Below, piece after piece: positions 10,529-19,682 of a stretch of 64,000 bases of DNA. Numbering within the stretch: the stretch's first letter is position 1; every line of letters begins with the position of its first letter. The notes beneath the pieces are model-generated. The model worked only from the letters and a program-made list of their open reading frames with translations, did not search any database and was not told the DNA's origin. The stretch is from an uncultured virus (IMG/VR IMGVR_UViG_2822699256_000006). Lineage: Duplodnaviria; Heunggongvirae; Uroviricota; Caudoviricetes. Position numbers and translations under genes: made by a program. The stretch lies in IMG/VR virus record IMGVR_UViG_2822699256_000006. One strand, given 5' to 3'.

Positions 10529-11092
10529 ATGTCAATCATTACGGTGCTTAATACTTTATTCGAAAAGGTGAAAGCTATGGCCACTCTTACAAAAATTAAT
10601 GGAAAAGAAACATTAAAGGCAGCTGTTGAGAAGGATGCAAACCAAGAAAGAGATGTTCGTAGTTCTCAAGAGTATTGGGACAAGTATAATTGGGTATTAC
10701 AACGAGCTGAGCATTACGCTGAAAAGACTGGCTTATCTAGTGAAGAAATTCTTAATGCTTGGGAAGAAGATAGAACGTATTGGTATATGAATTACTATCA
10801 AGAAGCAAATCAACCTGAAATTAAGGGCGATAAAGTTCGAGTATTTGAAACAGTACAAGATATGTTGGATAACATCAGTGAAAAGAAATTCCGTTGTCCT
10901 TGTTGTAATGGCGTGTCTACTAACCCTTATGTTTGTAACAGTGGAGTATTAGTAGATAAAAAAGAGTGTTCCTGGAAGGTATATGGCTTCCTTGGTGATT
11001 TAGGCAAAGGTTCATATATTTATATCAAAAAAGAATTACGTGGCGAAACAATCTTTATGCCACTTGCATGGGAAGAGGGAGAAAGTAAATGA
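10529..11092 (+). CDS. hypothetical protein with Cys cluster
   Basis: FRCPCCNG...C...C. Confidence 0.7.
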   Translation: MSIITVLNTLFEKVKAMATLTKINGKETLKAAVEKDANQERDVRSSQEYWDKYNWVLQRAEHYAEKTGLSSEEILNAWEEDRTYWYMNYYQEANQPEIKGDKVRVFETVQDMLDNISEKKFRCPCCNGVSTNPYVCNSGVLVDKKECSWKVYGFLGDLGKGSYIYIKKELRGETIFMPLAWEEGESK

Positions 11093-11442
11093 CAGTAGAA
11101 GACAAAGAGATGCTTTATAGAATCAAGGCTCAAAAGGCAGATAACTCTATGAGTATAACTGCAACAACAAGTAATGATGTTTCTTTGGAAGAAGCAATTG
11201 ATATGGCGACAAAAGAAGTATTGGTTTCACCGGCAGAAAGTTATCGTCATTTTATTGTTGAGCCAATCTGTACAAAAGAAGATTGGAAGGAAGGTATCGT
11301 TTCTTTTTGTCCAAGGTGCGGTGTTAATCTAAAGGATTCTGATATTGGCAAAGGTGGCATCTTTGACTGTTATGACTGCAGTACAACTATAGAAGCGCAT
11401 ATTCTTGGTGGACATGAACATGAGGATGAGGATGAAGATTAA
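11089..11442 (+). CDS. putative zinc-ribbon protein
   Basis: CPRC...CYDC; ATGA overlap. Confidence 0.65.
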   Translation: MTVEDKEMLYRIKAQKADNSMSITATTSNDVSLEEAIDMATKEVLVSPAESYRHFIVEPICTKEDWKEGIVSFCPRCGVNLKDSDIGKGGIFDCYDCSTTIEAHILGGHEHEDEDED

Positions 11443-11467
11443 TTAAAGTAAATAAAAAGGGGATTGC

Positions 11468-11833
11468 ATGATGATTAAAGAAACAACTCTTATGAGTAAT
11501 AGATATAAATATAAACACATTGATATTAAGGTATTAAAGAAAAATAGTAATGAAAACGTATTAGCTTTTAGTGCAACATTCGTACATGTTGGTATGAACG
11601 GCAAATTAAGCGATGGTCACATTGAAATTAACAAAACTTTATGGGATCAGCAATCTAGCAAACGACCACCTGGATTTCTTGTATATCGAAACGTTGAAAA
11701 AGATGATGGAACCACAACTACAGTAATGGTTTCAGAAGAGTGGCTTTTTGAAGTGGCAACTAAAGATGCTAAAGTAGCTTTTAAACAAATGCTAGATGAA
11801 GAAGTTGGAATGTCAGCTTTAGAACGTTTATAG
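11468..11833 (+). CDS. hypothetical protein
   Basis: RBS; ORF track. Confidence 0.65.
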   Translation: MMIKETTLMSNRYKYKHIDIKVLKKNSNENVLAFSATFVHVGMNGKLSDGHIEINKTLWDQQSSKRPPGFLVYRNVEKDDGTTTTVMVSEEWLFEVATKDAKVAFKQMLDEEVGMSALERL

Positions 11834-11846
11834 GAGATGAGTTAAT

Positions 11847-12518
11847 TTGATTACAGCAGAAGCGATTATAAGTAAGTACAATGAATTTGGAGAGTTTTTA
11901 AAGACTGTTGATATATCAGAGTTAAAGCAACAATACACTCGTAAGGAATTAATAACTTTATCTGAATCTATTCGTACCAGCGATTTACGTAGCTTATGGC
12001 ATGAAATTTATAAATTAACAGAGCAATTAAAACTAGAAGAATTCCCTGAATTACTAGGTGTTCATAACTTTCCTGTTTTAAAGAAAATTGATTTCATGAC
12101 AGAGAATCAGAAGATTGAGCTAGATAAAAAACTAGTTAGCTTTAGAGTGGGAAACTACCTTCCTTATCTAGGTAGATATACGGATGAGCACAAAAAACTT
12201 GAAGAATTTCTATTAGAAAACGAAATGGTAGAGAAAGAATATGTTGTTACTTGCCCTTGTTGTGGCAGAGATGAATGGCTATCAGGCACTTTAGATACCA
12301 AAACAAAAGAAGTTTTAGATAAATTACTTACAAAAGAAATTGTAGATGAATGTGATGATGAAGAAGCATTTGATAATATTGTTGATACCACTTGTCAAGA
12401 ATGTGATTTTTATCCTGAACTTGAATCTATGCGTGAATATAAATCAAAAGACCAATTACATTATAAAGAATTGCTTAAAATGAATGTGAAACGTGATACA
12501 AGCTTAGACAATATTTAA
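11847..12518 (+). CDS. hypothetical protein with CxxC pairs
   Basis: CPCC...CQEC; AGGAG RBS, TTG start. Confidence 0.7.
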   Translation: MITAEAIISKYNEFGEFLKTVDISELKQQYTRKELITLSESIRTSDLRSLWHEIYKLTEQLKLEEFPELLGVHNFPVLKKIDFMTENQKIELDKKLVSFRVGNYLPYLGRYTDEHKKLEEFLLENEMVEKEYVVTCPCCGRDEWLSGTLDTKTKEVLDKLLTKEIVDECDDEEAFDNIVDTTCQECDFYPELESMREYKSKDQLHYKELLKMNVKRDTSLDNI

Positions 12519-12556
12519 TATTTTATTTTTGCCATAAGAGAGGTTGAAAGATAATC

Positions 12557-12850
12557 ATGAATACACTATTAACTGCTAAATATACAATTTCAGAAGAAGA
12601 TGCTAATTTACTTAAAGTATTAGCTCATCCTGTACGATTTAGACTCGTAGCAGAGTTAATTCATAACAAATCACTTAATGTAACACAACTTATTTATTTA
12701 CTAGGTGCTCCACAATCTACAGTGTCACAGCATCTTACCAAATTAAAAAGTGCACGAGTTGTAAAATTTGAAAGAAGCGGTCTTGAAGTGTATTACAGCA
12801 TGAATAGTGATAAAGCGAGTAAACTCGTTCAACTTCTTCTTGAAGACTAG
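12557..12850 (+). CDS. ArsR/SmtB-family transcriptional regulator
   Basis: LKVLAHPVR...SLNVTQL...PQSTVSQHLTKLK...G.EVYYS. Confidence 0.85.
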   Translation: MNTLLTAKYTISEEDANLLKVLAHPVRFRLVAELIHNKSLNVTQLIYLLGAPQSTVSQHLTKLKSARVVKFERSGLEVYYSMNSDKASKLVQLLLED

Positions 12851-12856
12851 TTTATT

Positions 12857-13276
12857 GTGACTATTGTAGGGAGTTGTATGGCCATGGAATTGGTGAAAAA
12901 ATATATGTTTCAGCGTTTTGATGATAAACAAGCGCCATTGCCTTTTCCTGATTACCTGTTACCTCATAATCGCTACAAGAATGACTTTTGGATTACACAA
13001 CAAGGAGAATGCGTTTATCCTTATGAAATGGAAGATCGGCATTTACTTAATACTGTTCGCATGGTTCATCGTTCTCACCCTAATTTCGAGGAATTATATA
13101 GAGAAGTACATGCCGATCAATATATTTTACTTGGAAACGCACCTTGGTTAACAAGTTCAGGAAAAAAGAAGAAAAATAATAATCGTACAATGTATATGAA
13201 TCTTTGGAAGACCAAAAGATTATATATGTTGCTTAGAAGAGAAATAAAATTACGTAATTTAGGTGATCACTTATGA
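12857..13276 (+). CDS. hypothetical protein
   Basis: ORF track; start uncertain. Confidence 0.6.
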   Translation: MTIVGSCMAMELVKKYMFQRFDDKQAPLPFPDYLLPHNRYKNDFWITQQGECVYPYEMEDRHLLNTVRMVHRSHPNFEELYREVHADQYILLGNAPWLTSSGKKKKNNNRTMYMNLWKTKRLYMLLRREIKLRNLGDHL

Positions 13277-13464
13277 GTCGAAAACAAGAAGAAAGTATTT
13301 TAAATGCAATTGTTCAGAGCACAGCCGCTGCAAGTGGTGAGCCTGTAGAAAAAATACAAGATATATCTTCCCAAATGATTGCATACATCAACGCAGGAGC
13401 TCCATATGGCATGTCTCCCGAAGGATGTGCACGTTGGTATATAGAAAAAGGCGGAAAGCTTTAA
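13273..13464 (+). CDS. hypothetical protein
   Basis: AGGTG RBS; ATGA overlap. Confidence 0.6.
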   Translation: MSRKQEESILNAIVQSTAAASGEPVEKIQDISSQMIAYINAGAPYGMSPEGCARWYIEKGGKL

Positions 13465-13482
13465 GATGCAGGAGGATTTAAA

Positions 13483-13800
13483 ATGAGCGAAATCAGAGTA
13501 ACTATCAATAAAGGTGATACTTTTACTGAAGTAAAGGATGACATTTTCGTAATATCTCATACCAATTCAAAGTCTGATAAGATTAATACTTTAATTGAGG
13601 GTAAGGCTTCAAAATCTGAACTTGAAGAAATTTTGATTGCATCTCAAATTGGTATCTTTTCTACTTTATTAAAACATCCTGAATGTAGTATTGATGATGT
13701 AAAGAAGATTCAGGAGAAAACTAATAGAGTAGTACTAGAAGAACTATTTAGAAAACATGAAGGAGATTCGAGTGGGGAAGATGGTGCAGTTAAAGAATAA
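13483..13800 (+). CDS. hypothetical protein
   Basis: AGGAGG RBS. Confidence 0.7.
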   Translation: MSEIRVTINKGDTFTEVKDDIFVISHTNSKSDKINTLIEGKASKSELEEILIASQIGIFSTLLKHPECSIDDVKKIQEKTNRVVLEELFRKHEGDSSGEDGAVKE

Positions 13801-13987
13801 ACCTAAGGCTGCTCTTAGTCAGGTAGAATACTTAGAAAGTAAATATGCTGAAATCAATGAGCAGATTAGTGGGCTAGAAGAACAACAAAAAGAAACAGAA
13901 CATGATCTGCATGAATTGTATTTCCAAAAAGGAAAGATTTTTGCAGATTTAGAATTAATGAAACGTGTTCCAAAGTATGAAGATTAA

Positions 13988-14009
13988 TCCCCTCCGGGGA
14001 CTGTTTATG
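13988..14009 (+). promoter_or_regulatory. C-TCC-G hairpin + TGT box, copy 4
   Basis: tcccc-tcc-gggga, c, tgtttatg. Confidence 0.8.
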
Positions 14010-14044
14010 AATATAAAATACATATATTAAAGGAGATTTACATA

Positions 14045-14941
14045 ATGACAACTACTACAGCTAATGCAACTTTTTTCCGTGTTTTAATTAACCCTCAAGG
14101 AAATGAAGGTATATTCATTATTGAGTCAGAAATTCTTGGTTACAAAGATAATACTGTATATGCAAGGCTTTTATTTGATGTTTTAGAAAGTGAAGCAAAA
14201 CAATATAAATTTAAACCAGAACATTCCAATATGCATGAGACACCTCAAGAAGCATTTAAATTTATCCTACACAATCACTTTGATAAATTGGTTAACAGTA
14301 CAGTATGGTTATTTGCAAAATACTTTGGTGGCGGCGTAGGTGTAGACTTCAAAGAAATGATAGCTATGCTTAAAAATACACCAGAACTAAAACATTTTGA
14401 TTTAGAAAAAAGGCTTCGTGAAATGCAATCTAAATCTACTGCATCACAAGAAAGCAAACAACAAAAGCCACAGCAAAAAACACAACAAAAGCCACAGCAA
14501 CATAAGACATATACTGCTGCTGAATTGTTAGATGATAGTGTTTTACCATTTGGAAATATGGCACTTTGTGTTTCTGGGCCACTAAAAGGCTCTTATGTAA
14601 CAAAAAGAAGAGAAGGCCATCTTGTACATTGTAATAAAGATTTAAGCAATACATATCCTTTACAATTTGGAGTTAATGCATTTAATTCAGAATTCACTTT
14701 AGTAGTAGACAGAAAAGAGTGGAAGCAAGTTTCAGTAGAAGATGCTATTACAGCTTTAAATGCAGGTTTACAAGTTAAAATTAACTATATGAATACAGAG
14801 CGATGCATCCAGAAAAGTGATACACAAGAAAAAGTTAAATTCTCTACAAAAGGTTCTCAAGAAATGCTGGTTAGCACAAAAGAAGTTATGATCTCATTAG
14901 ATGAGATTATAGCAGCTAATTTTTATGTTTTAAGTGAATAG
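14045..14941 (+). CDS. hypothetical protein with QQK repeats
   Basis: AAGGAG RBS; 298 aa. Confidence 0.75.
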   Translation: MTTTTANATFFRVLINPQGNEGIFIIESEILGYKDNTVYARLLFDVLESEAKQYKFKPEHSNMHETPQEAFKFILHNHFDKLVNSTVWLFAKYFGGGVGVDFKEMIAMLKNTPELKHFDLEKRLREMQSKSTASQESKQQKPQQKTQQKPQQHKTYTAAELLDDSVLPFGNMALCVSGPLKGSYVTKRREGHLVHCNKDLSNTYPLQFGVNAFNSEFTLVVDRKEWKQVSVEDAITALNAGLQVKINYMNTERCIQKSDTQEKVKFSTKGSQEMLVSTKEVMISLDEIIAANFYVLSE

Positions 14942-14969
14942 GCAGGAGATTTTTACTCTTGCCTTTTTT
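14940..14969 (+). terminator. intrinsic terminator
   Basis: aggcaggag...ctcttgcct followed by a T-run. Confidence 0.65.
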
Positions 14970-14979
14970 ATTTGTACGA

Positions 14980-15002
14980 TTCCACTCCGTGGAAAGTAGG
15001 TG
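14980..15002 (+). promoter_or_regulatory. C-TCC-G hairpin, copy 5 (degenerate box)
   Basis: ttccac-tcc-gtggaa, agtaggtg. Confidence 0.7.
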
Positions 15003-15023
15003 ATATATAAGGAGGAACATTTT

Positions 15024-16205
15024 ATGACAACAGCCACTATTGATTTAACAGCCATGCAAATGGATGCAGTAAATACTATTACTACATGGTACAAAAATAG
15101 CTCTGAACAATGCTTTTTTCTAGCAGGATATGCAGGTACTGGTAAGACTACATTAGTTGAATATGTTATTAGAAAGCTTGGCATTAAGCTAAATAAAGTT
15201 ACTTTTGCTTGTTACACTGGGAAAGCTGCACTTGTATTAACACAAAAAGCAAAGGGAAAATATAAGGCTCACACTATACATAGAACAATTTATCACTTAG
15301 ATGTTAATTCTAAAGGAAAAACTGAATTCATTTTAAAAGAAAAAGAAGAACTTCAACATATTAAGCTTATTGTTATTGATGAAGCATCTATGGTTGATGG
15401 AGAAATCATGAGAGATTTAAAATCTTTTGGAATAAAAATCTTATTTATCGGTGACCAGGGACAATTACCACCAGTATCTCAAAAAGGGAATGAAGAGTTC
15501 TTGCAAATGTTTAATAATCCTGATTTCTCTTTAACTGAAATCCATCGCCAAGCAGAAGGAAACCCAATTATTCATTTATCAATGCTTGCTCGTAAAAGAC
15601 AAAAGATTGATTATGGATGGTATGGTCAAAATAACGAAGTGCTTGTTATAAATCGTTATGACTGGAATCGTTTGAGAGAAAAATGCTATACCACTGCTGA
15701 CCAAATTATATGTGGTTACAATAAAACTCGACATGCTTTAAATCAAGACATCCGTAGGTTTATTGGCTTCAATGAAGATTTACCACAAGTAGGCGATAAG
15801 TTAATTTGTGTGAAAAATAACTGGAATAAAAACATTCAAGATGTTAGCTTGGTTAACGGTATGACAGGATATGTGAAAAGTGTAAAACCATCTATAAAAG
15901 ATAATCTATATCTTACTCGTGATAGCATTAATATTAAATTTAGACCTGACTTTACCGATCAAGCTTTTGATGACTTAAACTTAGTTAATGCTCATTTCTT
16001 GGGAGAGAAATATGAATTATTACCACATGAGTATAGTGTATATGATTCATTTGACTTTGGTTATGCAATTACTTGTCATAAGAGCCAAGGTTCTCAATGG
16101 GAGAAGGTTGTAGTTATTAATGAAGTCTTAAATCATGAAGAGCATCACAGATGGCTTTATACTGCAATTACTCGCTCTAGTGATAGATTAGTACTGGTCA
16201 TATAA
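15024..16205 (+). CDS. RecD/Dda-like superfamily 1B helicase
   Basis: GYAGTGKT, IDEASM, GDQGQLPPV, EIHRQ, YAITCHKSQGS, LYTAITR. Confidence 0.9.
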   Translation: MTTATIDLTAMQMDAVNTITTWYKNSSEQCFFLAGYAGTGKTTLVEYVIRKLGIKLNKVTFACYTGKAALVLTQKAKGKYKAHTIHRTIYHLDVNSKGKTEFILKEKEELQHIKLIVIDEASMVDGEIMRDLKSFGIKILFIGDQGQLPPVSQKGNEEFLQMFNNPDFSLTEIHRQAEGNPIIHLSMLARKRQKIDYGWYGQNNEVLVINRYDWNRLREKCYTTADQIICGYNKTRHALNQDIRRFIGFNEDLPQVGDKLICVKNNWNKNIQDVSLVNGMTGYVKSVKPSIKDNLYLTRDSINIKFRPDFTDQAFDDLNLVNAHFLGEKYELLPHEYSVYDSFDFGYAITCHKSQGSQWEKVVVINEVLNHEEHHRWLYTAITRSSDRLVLVI

Positions 16206-16226
16206 AAGAGAAAAGAGGCCAAAGTT

Positions 16227-16610
16227 ATGATGACTTCTGTTCAGCAACTTGTAAAAGAAATTAATCAAAAATTTACAGATGACAGTAAGCGAATTAAAGA
16301 ATATAAAAGGAGTATTCAGGAGCTTTTCTTATCATTTCCAATGAAGAATTTTAGAGATGAGACTGTATATGTGCTTCCATCTCTAAGAACACCCTATCTT
16401 GCTGATTATGGAGATAAACGTAGACACATTTGTTTCTATAAAGGGAAAGGCATTACAGAAAGAGAGCGATATGATGAATTAATAGAAACGCTTTATTATG
16501 AAAACAAAATAGAAGATTTCATTCATTTTGTATCTTCACATGTTATGCCTATGTACTTGCAGGAATCTTTTGAAGCAATAGCAAATGAAAATAAGTATTT
16601 TTATTATTAA
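16227..16610 (+). CDS. hypothetical protein
   Basis: ORF track; RBS. Confidence 0.65.
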   Translation: MMTSVQQLVKEINQKFTDDSKRIKEYKRSIQELFLSFPMKNFRDETVYVLPSLRTPYLADYGDKRRHICFYKGKGITERERYDELIETLYYENKIEDFIHFVSSHVMPMYLQESFEAIANENKYFYY

Positions 16611-16627
16611 TATAGAGGTTTTGTAAT

Positions 16628-16948
16628 ATGGAAATGATCTCTTTTTATTTAAGTAGCTCAAGATATGCTCAATACATGTATGTAAGAAAACTATGGAATC
16701 AACACAAAATTAAAGTCACCCCTGATATTGCAGAATTCATAGAGAATACATGTGGTTTTTCAAGACATACTTTAAAAAAACTATCTACACAACTATCTAC
16801 CGGTGAAGAAGAAATGTCACAAGACTTAGAAGGAGTTTGTGCTTTAGGCTTAGTATGGATTATTTATCTTATTGACTCTCAAAACTTCGACAAGATAAGT
16901 GCTATTTTTAAACAGATTGACCACTCTATTTCGGCGTATTCTTCTTGA
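16628..16948 (+). CDS. hypothetical protein
   Basis: GAGG RBS. Confidence 0.6.
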   Translation: MEMISFYLSSSRYAQYMYVRKLWNQHKIKVTPDIAEFIENTCGFSRHTLKKLSTQLSTGEEEMSQDLEGVCALGLVWIIYLIDSQNFDKISAIFKQIDHSISAYSS

Positions 16949-16962
16949 CTTTTTAATTATAT

Positions 16963-16976
16963 TGTAATGCCTTGCA
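16963..16976. promoter_or_regulatory. palindromic operator copy
   Basis: tgtaatgccttgca (2 mismatches), intergenic. Confidence 0.5.
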
Positions 16977-17041
16977 GACCTTATTTTAGTATGCTAAACT
17001 TAGGGAAAAGGTACAGGGGATCGTAAAGGAGTAATAGCATA

Positions 17042-17308
17042 ATGAAGAATTTAGCAAAAAAACCGAGTATTTACTTGGCTTTAACTACTTTATCTTCTCT
17101 GGCTCTCGCAATCCATTTCTATTCTTTTAAATCAGATTCTGATAAAGTGAATCAATCTTATGAGGAACTGCATCAAAAGTATCTTGAAGTACTATTTAAG
17201 AATGAAGATTTGCGTGAATCTAATCAAACTCTTACCGAGTCTTTAGAGGAATCACAGCGAAATGTCGAAGAAATGAAGAAGTATCTTCAAGAATTGCAAC
17301 GAAAATGA
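17042..17308 (+). CDS. membrane-anchored coiled-coil protein
   Basis: N-terminal hydrophobic helix followed by heptad-rich tail. Confidence 0.65.
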   Translation: MKNLAKKPSIYLALTTLSSLALAIHFYSFKSDSDKVNQSYEELHQKYLEVLFKNEDLRESNQTLTESLEESQRNVEEMKKYLQELQRK

Positions 17309-17365
17309 AATCCCTGATTTAAATTATTGTATAACTATAAACATGAGTATTTTAAATAAAAGGAG

Positions 17366-17632
17366 ATGAGTTTCATGGCAGCACCTTGCTCTGATGAATT
17401 TAACTTTAATGAACAAGTATTAGGAAGTGCTGGTTTTTCTAGTAATAAAGAAACAGTTTTTAAAGAAACAAATAGTCCATTCTCAGTTGAAAGTGAAGTG
17501 CAAACTTCATTTTTACTTAGTAATGCTCTTCTTAATATTTTATTGCGTAAGAATATTATTTCTCAAAACGAAGTAACAGAACTTGTTTCCGAGCTATTTG
17601 AGGTTTATCAGCAAAAGAAAGGATTGAGGTAA
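17366..17632 (+). CDS. hypothetical protein
   Basis: ORF track; start could be 17375. Confidence 0.6.
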   Translation: MSFMAAPCSDEFNFNEQVLGSAGFSSNKETVFKETNSPFSVESEVQTSFLLSNALLNILLRKNIISQNEVTELVSELFEVYQQKKGLR

Positions 17633-17634
17633 CA

Positions 17635-17979
17635 GTGGATATCCAAGCGTTAAAGAAATGCATTACGCACTTCTCTGGACAAATACATTTATCTGGAGTA
17701 CATAAAGATGAAGTAAAGGTTGGCGGTAGAATTACTGATGTCTTTCATCCTCTAGAATTCATACCAGGAGGAGCATCTTTAGTCATAATCGATGACTTTG
17801 TAGGGACACTTCGTGTTTCAGTTCCAGAAGAGGTAACACAAGCACATCTGAATGACTTAATAGTTGGCAATTATGTATCTTTTGAAGGATTTGTTAATAC
17901 TGTTTCAAGGTCTTCTGGAATAGAAGTATCTGTTGTTGCATATGCAGCCAACAATCTTCTAGAGGAATGCACAAAATGA
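17635..17979 (+). CDS. stand-alone OB-fold protein (DnaE-OB-like)
   Basis: VKVGGRITDV...IIDDFVGTLRVSV...GNYVSFEGFV. Confidence 0.55.
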   Translation: MDIQALKKCITHFSGQIHLSGVHKDEVKVGGRITDVFHPLEFIPGGASLVIIDDFVGTLRVSVPEEVTQAHLNDLIVGNYVSFEGFVNTVSRSSGIEVSVVAYAANNLLEECTK

Positions 17980-18161
17980 GAAATGTATTAGTTTTCCCTG
18001 ATGGGACTGAACAAGATTTTATGTATCCTCATAATAGAGATGTTCTGGTAGGAGAAAAACTACAAGTACAAATGAAAGATGACGCACTTCACATTTTAGA
18101 AGTGTGGAATATTCAACATACAGATAAAGTTATTTACTATCACTTGAAATACTAAATCTTA

Positions 18162-18183
18162 TCCACTCCGTGGAATGTTTTTG
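18162..18183 (+). promoter_or_regulatory. C-TCC-G hairpin + TGT box, copy 6
   Basis: tccac-tcc-gtgga, a, tgtttttg (identical to copy 3). Confidence 0.8.
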
Positions 18184-18219
18184 AATAAAATATAATTTAT
18201 TATACTGGAGGAATTTAAA

Positions 18220-19026
18220 ATGCAAAACGGATATAACAATTTCAATCAACAACCAAATAATTTTCAACCTCAAGGTGGCGGATTCCAACCACAACAAGGT
18301 AACTTCCAAGGTCAACCACAAGGTAATTTCCAAGGGCAACAGCAAGGTAATAATGGACATAAAAATAACGGCGCAGATAATCATGTTAAAATACAAGTTG
18401 TTGGTCGCTTAGTAAAAGACCCTGAATCTAAACCTGTAAACAACTCTAAAGTAGCAAGTTCTAAAATTGTAGTAAATCACCGTGGTAGCGATAAGGCAGA
18501 CTTTTGGTTTATTGAAGTTTGGGGAAATGAAAACTCTGATGGATATTACAAATTCTTATTAAACCATTGCCCTAAAGGACGTAAAGTATTTATTGAAGGT
18601 GTGCCAGAATTACGTCAAACGAAAAATAACGATGGATCATACACTTACTACCCAACAATTAAAGTTACATCTCTTATTGGTTTAGATGGTGGTAGTTCAG
18701 ATAATTCACAAGGTGGGCAACAGCAACAACAACAGCCTACAGGTCAATTTAATCAGCAACAAGGCGGTGGATTCCAGCAACAACAAGGCGGATTCCAACA
18801 ACAGCAACAACAGCAACAAGGCGGATTCCAAGGTCAACAACAAAACTTTGGTGCGCCACAAGGTGGACAACAACCACAACAAGGCGGATTCCCACCGAAT
18901 ATGCCTAATAATAATCAAGGATTCCAACCACAACAAGGCGCTCCAGTTGGTGTAGGTGCTCCGGTTGGAGTTGGTGCTCCAGCTGGTGCTCCAGGTGCTG
19001 GTGGATTTCCTCCAATCCCACAATAA
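18220..19026 (+). CDS. ssb: single-stranded DNA-binding protein with Q/G/N-rich termini
   Basis: NHVKIQVVGRLVKDPE...ADFWFIEVWG...KGRKVFIEG OB fold. Confidence 0.85.
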   Translation: MQNGYNNFNQQPNNFQPQGGGFQPQQGNFQGQPQGNFQGQQQGNNGHKNNGADNHVKIQVVGRLVKDPESKPVNNSKVASSKIVVNHRGSDKADFWFIEVWGNENSDGYYKFLLNHCPKGRKVFIEGVPELRQTKNNDGSYTYYPTIKVTSLIGLDGGSSDNSQGGQQQQQQPTGQFNQQQGGGFQQQQGGFQQQQQQQQGGFQGQQQNFGAPQGGQQPQQGGFPPNMPNNNQGFQPQQGAPVGVGAPVGVGAPAGAPGAGGFPPIPQ

Positions 19027-19032
19027 TGAATT

Positions 19033-19052
19033 AGGGGACGATTCCCCTTTTT
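19033..19052 (+). terminator. intrinsic terminator
   Basis: agggga-cgat-tcccct followed by a T-run. Confidence 0.6.
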
Positions 19053-19101
19053 CGTTATTTTATGATACTTCACATTTATTAATTGGTTGGAGTGATATGA
19101 T

Positions 19102-19305
19102 TTGAAAATTCAAGACGAAAAAATCCAAGCAGAATTAGTGAAATCTAGGCATAGTATGTTATCCACTATTTTTGTTTCATTCTTTATATTTGCTACTATT
19201 TCTTCTATGGTAGGCGGTTGCACGTACTATAATGTCGAAACCTTAAAGCATCCAGTTGACCATGAAGTAAACCACAATGAATCTTATAAGCGTGGTGATA
19301 AATAA
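19102..19305 (+). CDS. small membrane protein
   Basis: one hydrophobic helix; GGAGTG RBS. Confidence 0.6.
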   Translation: MKIQDEKIQAELVKSRHSMLSTIFVSFFIFATISSMVGGCTYYNVETLKHPVDHEVNHNESYKRGDK

Positions 19306-19682
19306 TGTCCCGCAAAAGACTAAATCCAGCAAATTCATTAGGTCAGTTTATATATGGTATCTATGATTATCATCATGATCGTGGTATGCCTCAAAAGACA
19401 GCAAAGGCTCGTATGATTGATAATACTTTAGAAGCATGTGTAAATGTTATAAGAAAAGAGGAAGAAATTCCTGATCAAATGATAGTTCTTGTGGCTCAGT
19501 GGATGTCCCGCACTTTAAATGACAGAGGTACTCACATCACAAGAGAAGTAACAAGTAAACAAATTGAAGACAAAGAAGCCTTTAAGGCATTAACAGATTT
19601 AAAGAATCTAAAAAACTCATTAGATACATTTATTGAGAATTACAAAGGCTGGAGTGATACGAATGGCAAAGAAGACAGATAA
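19305..19682 (+). CDS. hypothetical protein
   Basis: translationally coupled ORF. Confidence 0.7.
   Translation: MSRKRLNPANSLGQFIYGIYDYHHDRGMPQKTAKARMIDNTLEACVNVIRKEEEIPDQMIVLVAQWMSRTLNDRGTHITREVTSKQIEDKEAFKALTDLKNLKNSLDTFIENYKGWSDTNGKEDR

Noticed and set aside
18700..19000. CAA/CAG-rich tandem repeats as a DNA repeat element
   Set aside because: Explained by the poly-Q/GGF coding sequence of SSB.
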